Shown here in pieces: positions 36,593-47,313 of a DNA stretch of 64,000 bases; the stretch's first letter is position 1; every line of letters starts with the position of its first letter. The stretch is from Patescibacteria group bacterium (GTDB lineage Bacteria > Patescibacteriota > WWE3 > UBA101185 > UBA10185): assembly GCA_018825365.1 (NCBI GenBank), contig JAHJEV010000003.1:238619-302618 (forward strand), read 5' to 3'. Position numbers and translations under genes: made by a program. The notes under the pieces were generated by a model. The model did not search any database. It had not been told where the DNA came from and was given only the letters and a program-made list of their open reading frames with translations.

Positions 36593-37755
36593 AATAAATT
36601 TTTAAAGATTGTATCAAACTCTGCGGCTGAAATCTCCCACGAGTACTTCTTTGAGTTCGTTAAACCTTTTTGAATTAGATCGTTACGTAACACATCGTTT
36701 GTAAGCATTTTATTCATGCACTCAGCGATCTGATCGGCTTCTTGAGCATTAGCCAAAAGGGCCGCGTCACCGCATATTTCTATAAGACTGGAGTTATCTG
36801 AGGTAATAACAGGGCAGCTATTTTGCATCGCCTCAAGTATAGGGAGCCCAAACCCCTCATAATAAGGACAGTAAACAAGACATACCGCTTTAGCGTATAA
36901 AACCTTAAGTTCCAAGGCGCTTATATAACGGTCGGTTAACACTACCTGATTGGAGTTTAAACCGAATGAATTCACAGAACGATTGATAATACTTTCCATT
37001 TCTCTGTTGTTAACTACAACCACCAGTTTTAGATCTCCGTTTATTTTCGCAACCTTTGAAAATGCCTCAATGGTTTTTTCAACATTTTTTCTTTTGGAAG
37101 TTCCCATGGTCAGAAAATATTTAGTGTTTTCGGTCAGACATAACCCTTTTAATATCTCTCTTCCTCTCTTGTCTGGGATTACGCCTGATTTTAAATCCCG
37201 ATCTATTCCTAAGTGAACGACCTTGACCATAGATTCATCAATTTTAAACAATTTTAATAAATCGTTTTTGGTGCAATTTGAAATAGTAACGATGCTATCT
37301 GCGCGTTTAAGGCTGGTCTTTAGATATATATCGTAATAGGTTTTGAGTGTAAGGGTTGTGGTCTTTGGAACAATAAATGTACACAAATCTAAAACTCCAA
37401 CAATGTGAGGAACTTTTCTATTTTTAAAAAATGGAAGTATGTCAACAGGGCTGAAATATAAATCGTACTTTTTTATATATTTATTAATAAAGAAAATATC
37501 GAATAAAACTCCGAAGATGTTGTTATTAAACCCCCAAGCACTCACCAAATGAACATTTTTATAAGACAAAAGGTCGTTTATATAGGTATTAGAGTTATCG
37601 TAATTAACTACAATTATGTAGAAATCAAAATCCCGGGATTGGCTTACCAGTGCACGAAGTAAGTTGTAAACATAGCTTTGAACCCCTGTGTAAGGTTGTT
37701 GCAGCAGGCGTAGATTTATAAGAATCTTCTTTTTCATTTTTGTGAAACCATCCAA
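36589..37755 (-). CDS. Glycosyltransferase family 4
   Basis: It has the YEGFGLPILEAMQNSCPVITSD motif. Confidence 0.8.
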   Translation of the reverse strand: MDGFTKMKKKILINLRLLQQPYTGVQSYVYNLLRALVSQSRDFDFYIIVVNYDNSNTYINDLLSYKNVHLVSAWGFNNNIFGVLFDIFFINKYIKKYDLYFSPVDILPFFKNRKVPHIVGVLDLCTFIVPKTTTLTLKTYYDIYLKTSLKRADSIVTISNCTKNDLLKLFKIDESMVKVVHLGIDRDLKSGVIPDKRGREILKGLCLTENTKYFLTMGTSKRKNVEKTIEAFSKVAKINGDLKLVVVVNNREMESIINRSVNSFGLNSNQVVLTDRYISALELKVLYAKAVCLVYCPYYEGFGLPILEAMQNSCPVITSDNSSLIEICGDAALLANAQEADQIAECMNKMLTNDVLRNDLIQKGLTNSKKYSWEISAAEFDTIFKNLL

Positions 37756-38336
37756 AGTTGTCCGCCCAGACCCAGGTTGTTCACAAAAAGCTGTACAACT
37801 TTTGGAAGAGGGTGAAAGGGAGCAGTGGCTTTGACAACTTTAAATCCGGCAACCTCCAAGATAAACTCCAGTGACTTTGAAGTAAATAAGTATTTGTGCG
37901 TTTTATCCCCATACCCGTGCCATGATTTTCCAGATAAAAATCTGCCCAAAGAGTTTAAATTAGGGGTAGTTAGTAATAACTTACCGTTAGGTTTTAAAAT
38001 ACGTCGGCATTCCCGTAAAAACCCCACTGGGCTTTCCAAATGTTCTATCACATCAAATGCTGAAATAAAACTAAACGTATCGTTTGCAAAAATTCCCAGT
38101 CCCTTATCACAGTCATGCTTGGTAAGTTGGGCTTTAGTTACTTTTTTTGCTTCATCAAGATATTCCTCAGATATGTCAATTCCCCAAGTCTTTAAACCAA
38201 AATCGTCACAGCATTTTAAGAACGAGCCTGTAGCGCAGCCTATATCTAACACCGAGGAACCCTTTGCAATCCCTTCTTTTATAATCGCTTCGGGAAAATA
38301 TATTTTATTTATTAATGTTTCAGACTTTATTATCAT
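37734..38336 (-). CDS. Class I SAM-dependent methyltransferase
   Basis: It has motif I VLDIGCATGSF and a 200-aa size. Confidence 0.75.
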   Translation of the reverse strand: MIIKSETLINKIYFPEAIIKEGIAKGSSVLDIGCATGSFLKCCDDFGLKTWGIDISEEYLDEAKKVTKAQLTKHDCDKGLGIFANDTFSFISAFDVIEHLESPVGFLRECRRILKPNGKLLLTTPNLNSLGRFLSGKSWHGYGDKTHKYLFTSKSLEFILEVAGFKVVKATAPFHPLPKVVQLFVNNLGLGGQLWMVSQK

Positions 38337-38337
38337 C

Positions 38338-39063
38338 TTATTTCTTCTTGGCCTGTAAATAAAACCTTGTCGGGATGGTCTGATTTGACACTAAACCCTC
38401 AAATATTTTCTTGTACATCCACACCGAGGTTTTATATTGGCGGTGAAATATGTGTTTATAGATATACAAAATTAGCATATCTATATCCCAGTAAATATTT
38501 CCTATCAAGTCAAGCTTTGTTAATTTAAAACCACCTTCCTCAAGCATACTCAGCATCTGCTTTTTTGAGTAATGGCGATGGCCAAGAAACCAGGCAGGGT
38601 CTATAAAATTAAAAATGTGGCTGTACATAGTACTTAAGACTAAACTACCGTCAGGTTTTAAAAGTTCACCAAGCGTTTTAAGCACTGCAGTCTCTGTGTC
38701 CTGTGGTACGTGCTCAATAACATCAAGAATAAATACAGTATCAAAGAAGTTTTTATATTTTTCCAAAAATACCTTCGGAGGGTTTATGAGATCCAACTCC
38801 TGAAAAGTATACTCAGGGAAGTTCCTCCTGGCGGTGGCTAACGCGTCCTTATTAATATCACTTCCAACTAATTCACATTTAATACCCTCTTTTTTTATCT
38901 CCCCTTCCAAAGTGCCCGTCCAGCACCCTGCATCAAGCACCTTTTTCCCCTCTATGTCCTTCTTGAATGTTTTCACAACATGTTCATGTTGATAGTTAGT
39001 CCTAATACAGGCATCGTTTAGGTTTTGAAATTCCATTTGTCCGTTGTAAAAGAAAGATCTCAT
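38338..39063 (-). CDS. Class I SAM-dependent methyltransferase
   Basis: It has motif I VLDAGCWTGTL and a 241-aa size. Confidence 0.75.
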   Translation of the reverse strand: MRSFFYNGQMEFQNLNDACIRTNYQHEHVVKTFKKDIEGKKVLDAGCWTGTLEGEIKKEGIKCELVGSDINKDALATARRNFPEYTFQELDLINPPKVFLEKYKNFFDTVFILDVIEHVPQDTETAVLKTLGELLKPDGSLVLSTMYSHIFNFIDPAWFLGHRHYSKKQMLSMLEEGGFKLTKLDLIGNIYWDIDMLILYIYKHIFHRQYKTSVWMYKKIFEGLVSNQTIPTRFYLQAKKK

Positions 39064-39064
39064 T

Positions 39065-40246
39065 TTATAAACTCCTTTCGGTAAATAGTGTTTTATACAA
39101 ACTGTAGTAGCTTTCTGCCGTAGCTTGCGGCGTTCTGGATTGCGCTTTTATACTAACATTTTTCTCAATCTCTGCCACTAACTGCGGGTTATCTACAATA
39201 TACTCAAACGCCTTGTCCCACTTGTCGTTTTCAACCAATATACCGGTTTTGTTGTCATCAATATCCTCCAAAAAATGCCCGATGTTTGAAGTAAGCACAC
39301 ACTTATGGTAGCTATTTGAATGGAAAAGCGGACCGCTGGATCCCATGGATAAAATTGCAGGGATTACCACCGCAGAAGCGTGAGTATACAAATCATCCTG
39401 CATCTCTTGCTTGATAAAGCCTTTTATTTCCACTTTATTTTCAAGCCTGTACTTTTTTACCATTTCTTTAATTTCTTCAAACGCCTGTTCCTGGCCTTCA
39501 ATAACACCGCCAGCCAGGATAAATTTAAAATCCGACATGGGGTGCTTGTCACTAAACTTCTTGAAACCCTCAAGCGCAAAACCCAAACCTTTTCTTCTTA
39601 CCATATAACCAAAATAGAAAAAGTAATGGTCATTAGTTGCGTTTGACATGTCACGCTTCGGGATGGCGGTTGGAATGACCTGAATCTTTTTGGCAGGGGC
39701 ACCGTAGTCCTGGGTTAAAATTTGTTTTGTAAGGTTTGTATGAACAATATTAAAGTTTGAAAAGTTGGTTACTGTAAAATAGACATAACTAAAAAAAGCT
39801 TTTACCAAAAAGGGGCTTATTTTATCCGGATCGTACCCAAAGGTTTCGATAAATTTTGTGTTGACCTGCTTTTTATACACCGTTGCATGTACTGTTGTTA
39901 CAACTTTAAAGCCCATGATTCTTGCCGTCAGTATTAGAAAGGGAAACATTACTGCCGTAATTTGACCGCCATACATATTTAACTCGTGTTGAAAATGCAC
40001 AATGTTTGGTTTGTCTATGCGTAACTGTTTGAGAATTTCAAAAAAAAACCTCCAGCTCTTAGACCAAACAGGCTTAATAGTTCCACAACCGGCAATGTCC
40101 AGATTTTCCTGTCTTTTGTCTGTATAAACTACTAATTCGATGTTGGGATTTAAGGCTAACCCTGACGTTATATACTGCGAATAATGCCCATTGGGAAGCA
40201 TTCCCGATACGAAGACAACTTTGAGTTTTTTGCTAGTTATAGCCAC
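39065..40246 (-). CDS. Glycosyltransferase (GT4-like, divergent)
   Basis: It has a GT-B-like two-domain layout with a degenerate EX7E region. Confidence 0.5.
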   Translation of the reverse strand: MAITSKKLKVVFVSGMLPNGHYSQYITSGLALNPNIELVVYTDKRQENLDIAGCGTIKPVWSKSWRFFFEILKQLRIDKPNIVHFQHELNMYGGQITAVMFPFLILTARIMGFKVVTTVHATVYKKQVNTKFIETFGYDPDKISPFLVKAFFSYVYFTVTNFSNFNIVHTNLTKQILTQDYGAPAKKIQVIPTAIPKRDMSNATNDHYFFYFGYMVRRKGLGFALEGFKKFSDKHPMSDFKFILAGGVIEGQEQAFEEIKEMVKKYRLENKVEIKGFIKQEMQDDLYTHASAVVIPAILSMGSSGPLFHSNSYHKCVLTSNIGHFLEDIDDNKTGILVENDKWDKAFEYIVDNPQLVAEIEKNVSIKAQSRTPQATAESYYSLYKTLFTERSL

Positions 40247-40257
40247 TTTTGCAACAG

Positions 40258-42588
40258 TTAAATAATTTCAAATTTCGGTAAAGGGAAAACTAAGTGCCCA
40301 CCTTGTTTTAAATAATCCTTTTCCTTTTCAATTATGGTATCCCTAAAATGCCAAGGCAGGACAAAAAGATAATCCGGCTTTAATTTTCTAGCCTCAGATT
40401 CAGGGATAATTGGTATTCGTGTACCCGGAGTAGTTCTACCGTATTTATATTCGTTGACTTCCGCGATAGCTGGTAGTAGTTCGTAATTAATATCGAAATA
40501 CTGTAATAAAACATTTCCTTTAGTGGAAGCGCCGTAACCAAAAATCTTTTTGTTTTCAGATTTTATTTTTCGCAAAAATCCAATAACATCCATTTTAGTT
40601 TTATCTATATTCTCTTTAAATTCATCAAATACTTTGCTGGTCGAAAACAACTTATTTTCTTTTGCTAACGCTCGTGCGAGTTTAGGTCCGCAGTCTTTAT
40701 AGATAGAATCTTTTTTAGCAATTACCAAGATAAAACTCCCCCCGTTGGTATCGTTAAAATCCAAATCAACAATTTTTAAATGAGCTTTATCACACATCCA
40801 AAGAATTTGTTTTAAACCGTAGTACTCCACATGTTCGTGACAAATGGTATCAAAGGATCTCTGTTTTAACATTTCAGGAAAATAGCTCTGTTCCGTAACC
40901 CAAATTCCTTCTTTATCATCTAATACGCTTGCAATGGATTTTACAAATTTTAGTGGTTCAAGAAGGTCATAAAACATGGCGATTGTTGTAACAATTTTAG
41001 CTTTTTTAGACGTAAACCCTTTTACAACCTGAGCGCTAAAGAATTTTGAAATATATTTAACGTAGCGTGGATAATATTCTTTAAACTTTTTGGCAGTTGG
41101 ATCTATACCCAAAAGTAGATATCCCTTATCCCCATATAAACTTAATAGCGTCCCATCGTTGCTACCAATATCTACAATTAAATCCCCTTTCTCCAGTTTC
41201 ACTAGTTTTGTTAGTTTCTCCACTATCCCACTAAGATGCGTTACCATGGATTTATTAAGTCCTGATCTATAACCATAATTGTCGCCGTAAAGTTCGGTAA
41301 GATCGTAATCATGTGCAAGCTGTGTTAGGCCGCAACCCTCTCCGTTTCGATCGTCGCATTTTACTAACGCAAGTGGGCCTACAGTTACCCGCTCACTTGG
41401 TAATGGGAAAACTCCGGTAAGACTTTGATTTCCTAAACTGATAATTTCATATAGTTTTTTGTTTCCGCAGATCCTGCAACTATCAATCCTTTTGCAAGTT
41501 ACGTCGCTTTCATTTTTACGATTGGCCCCACTTAGTTCTCTTTGGACATCGTTAATATCTTCTTTGATCATTATGTTTACTAATTCAGAAAAACTTGTGC
41601 GTGGTTTCCAGCCAAGTAGCTTTTTTGCTTTAGTGGCATCCCCGAGCAATTGCTCTACTTCCGCAGGTCTAAAAAAAGCCGGATCTACTTCAACAAGTGT
41701 TTTTCCGGTATTAGTTTCGATACCCTTCTCCCCGACACCTTTTCCTACCCACTTAATGTTTATACCTACACGCTTAAAAGACTCTTCACAAAAATCTCGC
41801 ACCGTGTGGTTTTTTCCCATAGCAATCACGAAATCCTGCGGTTCTTTCTGCTGTAGCATTAGCCACATAGCCTCTACGTAATCTTTTGCGTAACCCCAGT
41901 CTCTTTGGGCACCTAAATTACCTAGCACAAGTTTATCCTGTAGCCCATACTTTATTCGGGCAACAGACTTGGTGATTTTCTTTGTTACAAAAAGATCTCC
42001 ACGTCTGGGAGATTCGTGATTAAAAAGAATTCCGTTTACACAAAACAGATTGAAAGATTCTCTGTAGTTTATTGTAATCCAGTATGCATAGAGCTTCGCC
42101 ACTCCATAGGGAGATCTGGGATGAAATGGAGTATTTTCGTTTTGGGGCGTTTCTCTAACCTTTCCAAAAAGTTCAGATGTTGACGCCTGATAGAACTTAC
42201 ATTTGGGAACTATAGTTTTCATTGCCTCCAAAAGGCGTAATGTACCCAAAGCATTGACTTCTCCTGTAAGTTCCGGCTCTTGAAAGGATATATGTACTTG
42301 AGACTGTGCCGCTAGGTTATATATCTCATCAGGTTTTATACTTTCGATTATTCTATGAATATTAGCTGAGTCGGTTAGATCGCCATATAGCAGGTGTACC
42401 CGTTTAATAATAATTTCAGGAAGGTTGATAAGATGGTTTATTCTCTCTGTATTAGAAACGGAGCTGGATCTTTGTATCCCATAAACCTCATACCCCTTAT
42501 GGAGCAAAAACTCCGCTAAATATGAGCCGTCTTGTCCGGTTATTCCTGTGATAAGAGCTTTTTTCATAACTAGGGCATTATATAACAT
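40258..42588 (-). CDS. gmd: Bifunctional GDP-mannose 4,6-dehydratase / NDP-hexose C-methyltransferase (TylC3-like) fusion
   Basis: The N-terminal ~350 aa is canonical Gmd ([19 protein letters not shown]..., YNLAAQSHV-like, [12 protein letters not shown]). The C-terminal ~410 aa has the Zn-ribbon C-x4-C-x2-C...C-x7-C, a class I MT fold ([12 protein letters not shown]) and a C-terminal domain as in the TylC3/NovU/CloU sugar C3-methyltransferases. Confidence 0.75.
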   Translation of the reverse strand: MLYNALVMKKALITGITGQDGSYLAEFLLHKGYEVYGIQRSSSVSNTERINHLINLPEIIIKRVHLLYGDLTDSANIHRIIESIKPDEIYNLAAQSQVHISFQEPELTGEVNALGTLRLLEAMKTIVPKCKFYQASTSELFGKVRETPQNENTPFHPRSPYGVAKLYAYWITINYRESFNLFCVNGILFNHESPRRGDLFVTKKITKSVARIKYGLQDKLVLGNLGAQRDWGYAKDYVEAMWLMLQQKEPQDFVIAMGKNHTVRDFCEESFKRVGINIKWVGKGVGEKGIETNTGKTLVEVDPAFFRPAEVEQLLGDATKAKKLLGWKPRTSFSELVNIMIKEDINDVQRELSGANRKNESDVTCKRIDSCRICGNKKLYEIISLGNQSLTGVFPLPSERVTVGPLALVKCDDRNGEGCGLTQLAHDYDLTELYGDNYGYRSGLNKSMVTHLSGIVEKLTKLVKLEKGDLIVDIGSNDGTLLSLYGDKGYLLLGIDPTAKKFKEYYPRYVKYISKFFSAQVVKGFTSKKAKIVTTIAMFYDLLEPLKFVKSIASVLDDKEGIWVTEQSYFPEMLKQRSFDTICHEHVEYYGLKQILWMCDKAHLKIVDLDFNDTNGGSFILVIAKKDSIYKDCGPKLARALAKENKLFSTSKVFDEFKENIDKTKMDVIGFLRKIKSENKKIFGYGASTKGNVLLQYFDINYELLPAIAEVNEYKYGRTTPGTRIPIIPESEARKLKPDYLFVLPWHFRDTIIEKEKDYLKQGGHLVFPLPKFEII

Positions 42589-42615
42589 AAAATATACAAA
42601 ACCATCACTTACTTT

Positions 42616-44220
42616 TTAACTCTTCAAACGTTTGATAAATCCTCTACCTGCATCGACCCAAAACTTAGGAGACAACATATTAACTTTAGTTTGATTCTTA
42701 TCAAAATCAAACAAATGGCCTATTAGTTTCTTTGCGGAGTAAGCTAAAAATTTAACATCCTGCCAACTTCTAATACCTGTAATTTTCCTGTACAAATACT
42801 GAGGGGAGAGAAACGATGAATACAATGCTTGGGTGAGTTCCATCAGTCTTTCCTGCGAAAAGGGAACGCTCATAACTGGTTTTCTCATATCAAACTGCTC
42901 ATAATCTTTTGGGTCTACAATAAACCATTTATTCTCCAAGCACTGCTTATAAAGCTCAGATCCGGGATAGGGAATGACAATTGTAGCCTGCATGGTATCT
43001 ACATGTCCGTCTTTAAACAGCTTTTTTGCCAAAACGATCGTGTTTTGAGCCATTTCCTCTGTCTCCCATGGGTACCCAAGCATAACAGTAATGTGAGGCT
43101 CAAGACCGGCCTTTTTTGCTTCCGCAAGATGCGGCTCTATTTCCTCCACTTTCAATCCTTTTTGGAGCCTGTCCAAAGTTTCCTGATTTGCCGACTCAAG
43201 ACCATAAAGGATAAATCTGAAATTAGCTTTCTTCATCAGCTCGCAGTATTCCTTAGTTAAGGCGTTTATCCTCATATTACAGCTGTATACTACTTTCTTG
43301 TTGTAACCGGAATTAATCATTAATTCACAAAATTTCTTTAACGGGGCGCCAATATAAAATGTTCCAGCATCGTCAAATATTTCTTTCACGCCATATGTAT
43401 CAACAACATGTTTTACTTCCTCAAATAGTCTTTCAGGACTAAATCTTCTGTATGTTCCAAAGGGATACAAAGTGAAATTCCATATACAAAAAGTACACTT
43501 ACCCCACCAACAATCTCTTCCAGAATACATATAAGTCCCGGGTTTATACTTATAATTCCCGTTTTCATACGCATAAAGCTCCCACTTCGTCAGGTCCCTG
43601 TCTATAAAAGGTAAAACGTCCAACTCGTGTTTCATATCAACAGGTCCGGAGTTCCAGTATTTCCCATGATGGGCTGCAGTTTCACCAAGCTTGACACTTT
43701 TGTTCTCTTCCCTTCCCCAAATTCCTCCTGTTAATATCTCTCCACTTTCAATAGATCTGACCAGATCCAAAAGAAGAAAATCATAGTCCCCCCCGGTTAT
43801 TATGTAATCGGCAGGACATCTTTCTAAAGTCTCAACGGGAAGGTAAGTTACGTGATCCCCAACCATAACAATTATTAAATTCGGAAATTTTTGCTTGATC
43901 TGCTTTACCAGTCCCCAACAAATCTTTATAACGGGGGTCTTCGATTCAATCATTACTAAATCCGGTTTTTCATCTTCAAGCTGCCCCGTCCACTCATCAA
44001 ATGTTTTTTTCTCCGCAATTCCATCCATCCAGATAACCTCGTAACCTTTTGACTTAAGCAAGGAAGCAGCGTAAGCCGGGACCATCGGATAAACATATGT
44101 AGGAGCATTAAAGTATTGGAACTGTCTGTTTTGGGATAAAAGCGGAACTCCCTTATCACTTTGGATTGGCGGATAACCTATTGCAACTTTAAATGTTTTT
44201 TTTTGCTTATCTTTTGGCAT
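42616..44220 (-). CDS. B12-binding-domain radical SAM protein (class B), putative methyltransferase
   Basis: It has an N-terminal cobalamin-binding-like Rossmann region and a radical SAM core with an unusual CX4CX2C motif (DCWWGKCTFC). Size is 534 aa. Confidence 0.65.
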   Translation of the reverse strand: MPKDKQKKTFKVAIGYPPIQSDKGVPLLSQNRQFQYFNAPTYVYPMVPAYAASLLKSKGYEVIWMDGIAEKKTFDEWTGQLEDEKPDLVMIESKTPVIKICWGLVKQIKQKFPNLIIVMVGDHVTYLPVETLERCPADYIITGGDYDFLLLDLVRSIESGEILTGGIWGREENKSVKLGETAAHHGKYWNSGPVDMKHELDVLPFIDRDLTKWELYAYENGNYKYKPGTYMYSGRDCWWGKCTFCIWNFTLYPFGTYRRFSPERLFEEVKHVVDTYGVKEIFDDAGTFYIGAPLKKFCELMINSGYNKKVVYSCNMRINALTKEYCELMKKANFRFILYGLESANQETLDRLQKGLKVEEIEPHLAEAKKAGLEPHITVMLGYPWETEEMAQNTIVLAKKLFKDGHVDTMQATIVIPYPGSELYKQCLENKWFIVDPKDYEQFDMRKPVMSVPFSQERLMELTQALYSSFLSPQYLYRKITGIRSWQDVKFLAYSAKKLIGHLFDFDKNQTKVNMLSPKFWVDAGRGFIKRLKS

Positions 44221-44223
44221 AAC

Positions 44224-45237
44224 TCAACCTTCAACATAATTCCCAGTTTTCTCATCAAATCTTTTTAATTTTAACTTAGGTTTTCTTAATAAACCAATTA
44301 GAAAATTGACTCCATAAACGACATGGGTCATAAACACTGCTACCTCAAACTCAAAGAATGCGACAATATTCTTCTCTTTAAAAGCAACTTTTGCCGACTC
44401 GAAGAACAAAACCGAGAGATAAACAATAATAACCCAATAATAAATGTTCCACAAAGGGGGAATGAGAAAGCAAAGAAACGGTCCTAAAACTATACCAAGA
44501 ACAAAAGCTGATGGAGCAAAATAACTAGGTATTCTTGAGGTTTCAGGAAATATTTTTGCAAACTGTCCTCTGTGTTGTCCATACCTTGAAATTTGTTTCA
44601 GATGGGGAAGTAGTAACCCTCTTCTGTGGTGGTAAACCAAAACTGATGGATCATACGAAAACCTCCTATCATATTTTTTAACTAAATCCAAACAAAGTTT
44701 GGTGTCTTCTCCCGGCCAAAATTCAGTTGTAAATCCTCCAACAGAGTCAAAAGAGTCCTTTCTTACAAAAAGATTTACCGAAGGATAATCATCAACCATT
44801 CTTTTTGGCTTAGGTATATATCTGTATGTTGTGTTGCCACTCACAAATGCGGACTCTATCACTCTACCAAACATCCTCTCGGAGTACCCAGCATCTAAAG
44901 GAGTTTCGGCAGGTCCTCCCAGTGCGTAAATACTGGCATCCGCAAATATAATTGCTGCATTCGTCAGCCAATCTTTTTTAGGATAGGAGTCGTCGTCTAA
45001 AAAGGCTAATATTTCCCCTGTTGCATTTCTTGCTCCCTGATTTCTTTTTCCTCCTGGGCTAAATTGATCGGCAAGCAAAAGTTTGAATCTGGAATCTCCA
45101 AAGTCAAACTCCTCTTTTACGTCCGTAATAATAAACACCTCAAAATTTGAGTAATTTAGGTTTTTTACATGAAAAATTATTTCTTTTACGTAATCGTTTA
45201 TTTTTCTAACGATTATTACTATCGAGAACTTAATCAT
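44224..45237 (-). CDS. GT2 glycosyltransferase with C-terminal TM pair (GtrB/ArnC-like polyprenyl-phosphate glycosyltransferase)
   Basis: A GT-A domain with an LDDDS DxD motif is followed by two C-terminal TM helices. Confidence 0.65.
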   Translation of the reverse strand: MIKFSIVIIVRKINDYVKEIIFHVKNLNYSNFEVFIITDVKEEFDFGDSRFKLLLADQFSPGGKRNQGARNATGEILAFLDDDSYPKKDWLTNAAIIFADASIYALGGPAETPLDAGYSERMFGRVIESAFVSGNTTYRYIPKPKRMVDDYPSVNLFVRKDSFDSVGGFTTEFWPGEDTKLCLDLVKKYDRRFSYDPSVLVYHHRRGLLLPHLKQISRYGQHRGQFAKIFPETSRIPSYFAPSAFVLGIVLGPFLCFLIPPLWNIYYWVIIVYLSVLFFESAKVAFKEKNIVAFFEFEVAVFMTHVVYGVNFLIGLLRKPKLKLKRFDEKTGNYVEG

Positions 45238-46060
45238 TTATTACTTCTCCTGTATTAACCCTCATATCAAGCTCTTTGTCGTATACCCAAAGTCTTTTGC
45301 TTTTATCGCTATAATAATGAAGAATTTTTAATCTATAAAAAACCGCAAGAGTGTCTAAAATCATATTTCTTATATTCTTATCCAAAAATAAAAAGGGTGT
45401 GAAATTAGTGTTAGCGTTATTCCAATCTATTTGTATTGGAGCCTCGTAAATTCTTTCAAATCCCAAATATTTTGAAACTGCCAATATTTCTATATCAAAA
45501 GCAAACGCTTTGACCAGAAGTCTTGGCAAAACCTTTTCTAACACTTCTCTTTTAAAAACCTTAAGACCGGACTGAGTATCTGTAATCTTCAAACCAAAGA
45601 GAATTCTGACAAATCTACTGTAAACCCAACTATAAAGTCTTCTTATAAAAGGGTATGCGACTTTTGATGCTGGGTGTCTTTTGCTTCCAACAATTATATC
45701 GGCGTTGTACCACTGCATGTGCTCCAAAATCATAGATACCCCATTCGGATTTATATCCATTCCGGAATCAATGAAAACAATGTAATCACCAAGGGACCTT
45801 GCCATTCCGTATCTTATTGCATAGCCTTTTCCCCTGTTTGTCTTATACCCGACAACCTTAACATCGAAAGTTTCAAGCGTTTTTGCCATTTCGTATGTTT
45901 TATCCATAAACCCATCAACAACAACAATAACTTCATAGGCCCACCTAGTTTGGGACATTACATCGACAATTCTTTGAACATCTTTAACAATGGTTTTTTC
46001 TTGTTTATAAGCAGGGATTATTACTGAAACTAATTTTTTATCTGCAGTATTTTCGGACAT
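45230..46060 (-). CDS. GT2 glycosyltransferase, DPM1-like (polyprenol-phosphate hexose synthase)
   Basis: It has VSVIIPAYKQEKTI, VVVDGFMDKT and FIDSGMD (DxD) motifs and is soluble at 276 aa. Confidence 0.8.
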   Translation of the reverse strand: MSENTADKKLVSVIIPAYKQEKTIVKDVQRIVDVMSQTRWAYEVIVVVDGFMDKTYEMAKTLETFDVKVVGYKTNRGKGYAIRYGMARSLGDYIVFIDSGMDINPNGVSMILEHMQWYNADIIVGSKRHPASKVAYPFIRRLYSWVYSRFVRILFGLKITDTQSGLKVFKREVLEKVLPRLLVKAFAFDIEILAVSKYLGFERIYEAPIQIDWNNANTNFTPFLFLDKNIRNMILDTLAVFYRLKILHYYSDKSKRLWVYDKELDMRVNTGEVIND

Positions 46061-47313
46061 TTAATGACTTGGGCATATAGATAAATTATTAAAAGACTCA
46101 GCGTAATTATACATATAATAATATTTACCCAAATAACCTGAAATAAAGATACGTGGTAAATATTTAGCAGAATATACTGCAGAAGCACTCCAGGAAGAAG
46201 CAATAAAGAAACCTTCTTCTTATCGATGGCAAGGAAAAACATCACAAAAAAGCTAATTAAAATATAAAGGCCAATGAATATTGAAAACAGAGGAAGGAAT
46301 TGGATAGAATTCTCAAATGTTTTCCCGAAGAAAAGGTGTGTGAGAAGTTGTGGAAAAATATGATAGCAAATGACTCCTGCGATCACAATAAAAATAAGCA
46401 AGGATGTTAATTTTTTAAATTCTTTAAGATAACCCTCGCCTTTAGCGTACAAACCTGTAATTTTTGGAAACATAATCACACTCACAGCTCCAGACCCAAA
46501 CAAAAATATTTTTCCTAAGGTTGCAGTTCCAGCATAGTATCCAGCGTCCAACCCCGAAAAAAATCTTTTAACCATTATTAGATCCATATTGTTTAAAGCT
46601 ATAAGGAAAAAATTCACAAACAAAACAGGCAGACTAAACGAAATAAGTTTTTTATAGTATTCATTAAGATTGAAACTTTCACTCCCAGTAACTTTGAAAC
46701 TTCCTCTTATTAATAAGAGTGATAGAACGAAAGTCAGAAGAGCTGCACCAACCATTCCTCCGAATACACCGACAAGTCCAAAACCGGCGAAAACTAAAAG
46801 TGTGGGAATAACAAACCTATTAAAAGAGCCCAGTACTTGGTATGCAGAGTACTTTTTAAATTTCTGTAAACCCTGTAAGTAAACTGGTGGAAGTGTTGAA
46901 AGAAAACCCAATCCCAATAAAACCGCGAACAACGTAATCGAAGGGACACTTTCAACCTTAAAACCGCTCGAAATTCTAAACCTTAAAAAGAAAAACACAG
47001 ATGTAAAAACGAATCCTAACAATAAAGAAGCCACGGAAAGCTTGAGGAAAAGTTTTTTCATTTTTCCTTTCTCTCCTCTCACATAAAGCTCTGACACAAT
47101 TTTTATAAGGGATATACCAAAAACAGATATAGGAACACTAACAAGGGAAGAAAGCGACAACAGCACGTTAAAAGACCCATAATCGGACACGGAAAGTTTT
47201 CTACCAAGCACAAACTGCAAAAGATAGCTAAAAAAAGCTCCAATTAGTGTCCCTGCTCCAACAATAATCGTTTGTTGTATATCTGAATTTTTTGTTGTTT
47301 CTTTATTACTCAA
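46030..47313 (-). CDS. Wzx-like flippase (MOP superfamily)
   Basis: A 427-aa protein with about 12 TM helices and a PST-family N-terminus. Confidence 0.6.
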   Translation of the reverse strand: MSNKETTKNSDIQQTIIVGAGTLIGAFFSYLLQFVLGRKLSVSDYGSFNVLLSLSSLVSVPISVFGISLIKIVSELYVRGEKGKMKKLFLKLSVASLLLGFVFTSVFFFLRFRISSGFKVESVPSITLFAVLLGLGFLSTLPPVYLQGLQKFKKYSAYQVLGSFNRFVIPTLLVFAGFGLVGVFGGMVGAALLTFVLSLLLIRGSFKVTGSESFNLNEYYKKLISFSLPVLFVNFFLIALNNMDLIMVKRFFSGLDAGYYAGTATLGKIFLFGSGAVSVIMFPKITGLYAKGEGYLKEFKKLTSLLIFIVIAGVICYHIFPQLLTHLFFGKTFENSIQFLPLFSIFIGLYILISFFVMFFLAIDKKKVSLLLLPGVLLQYILLNIYHVSLFQVIWVNIIICIITLSLLIIYLYAQVIKCPKILQIKN

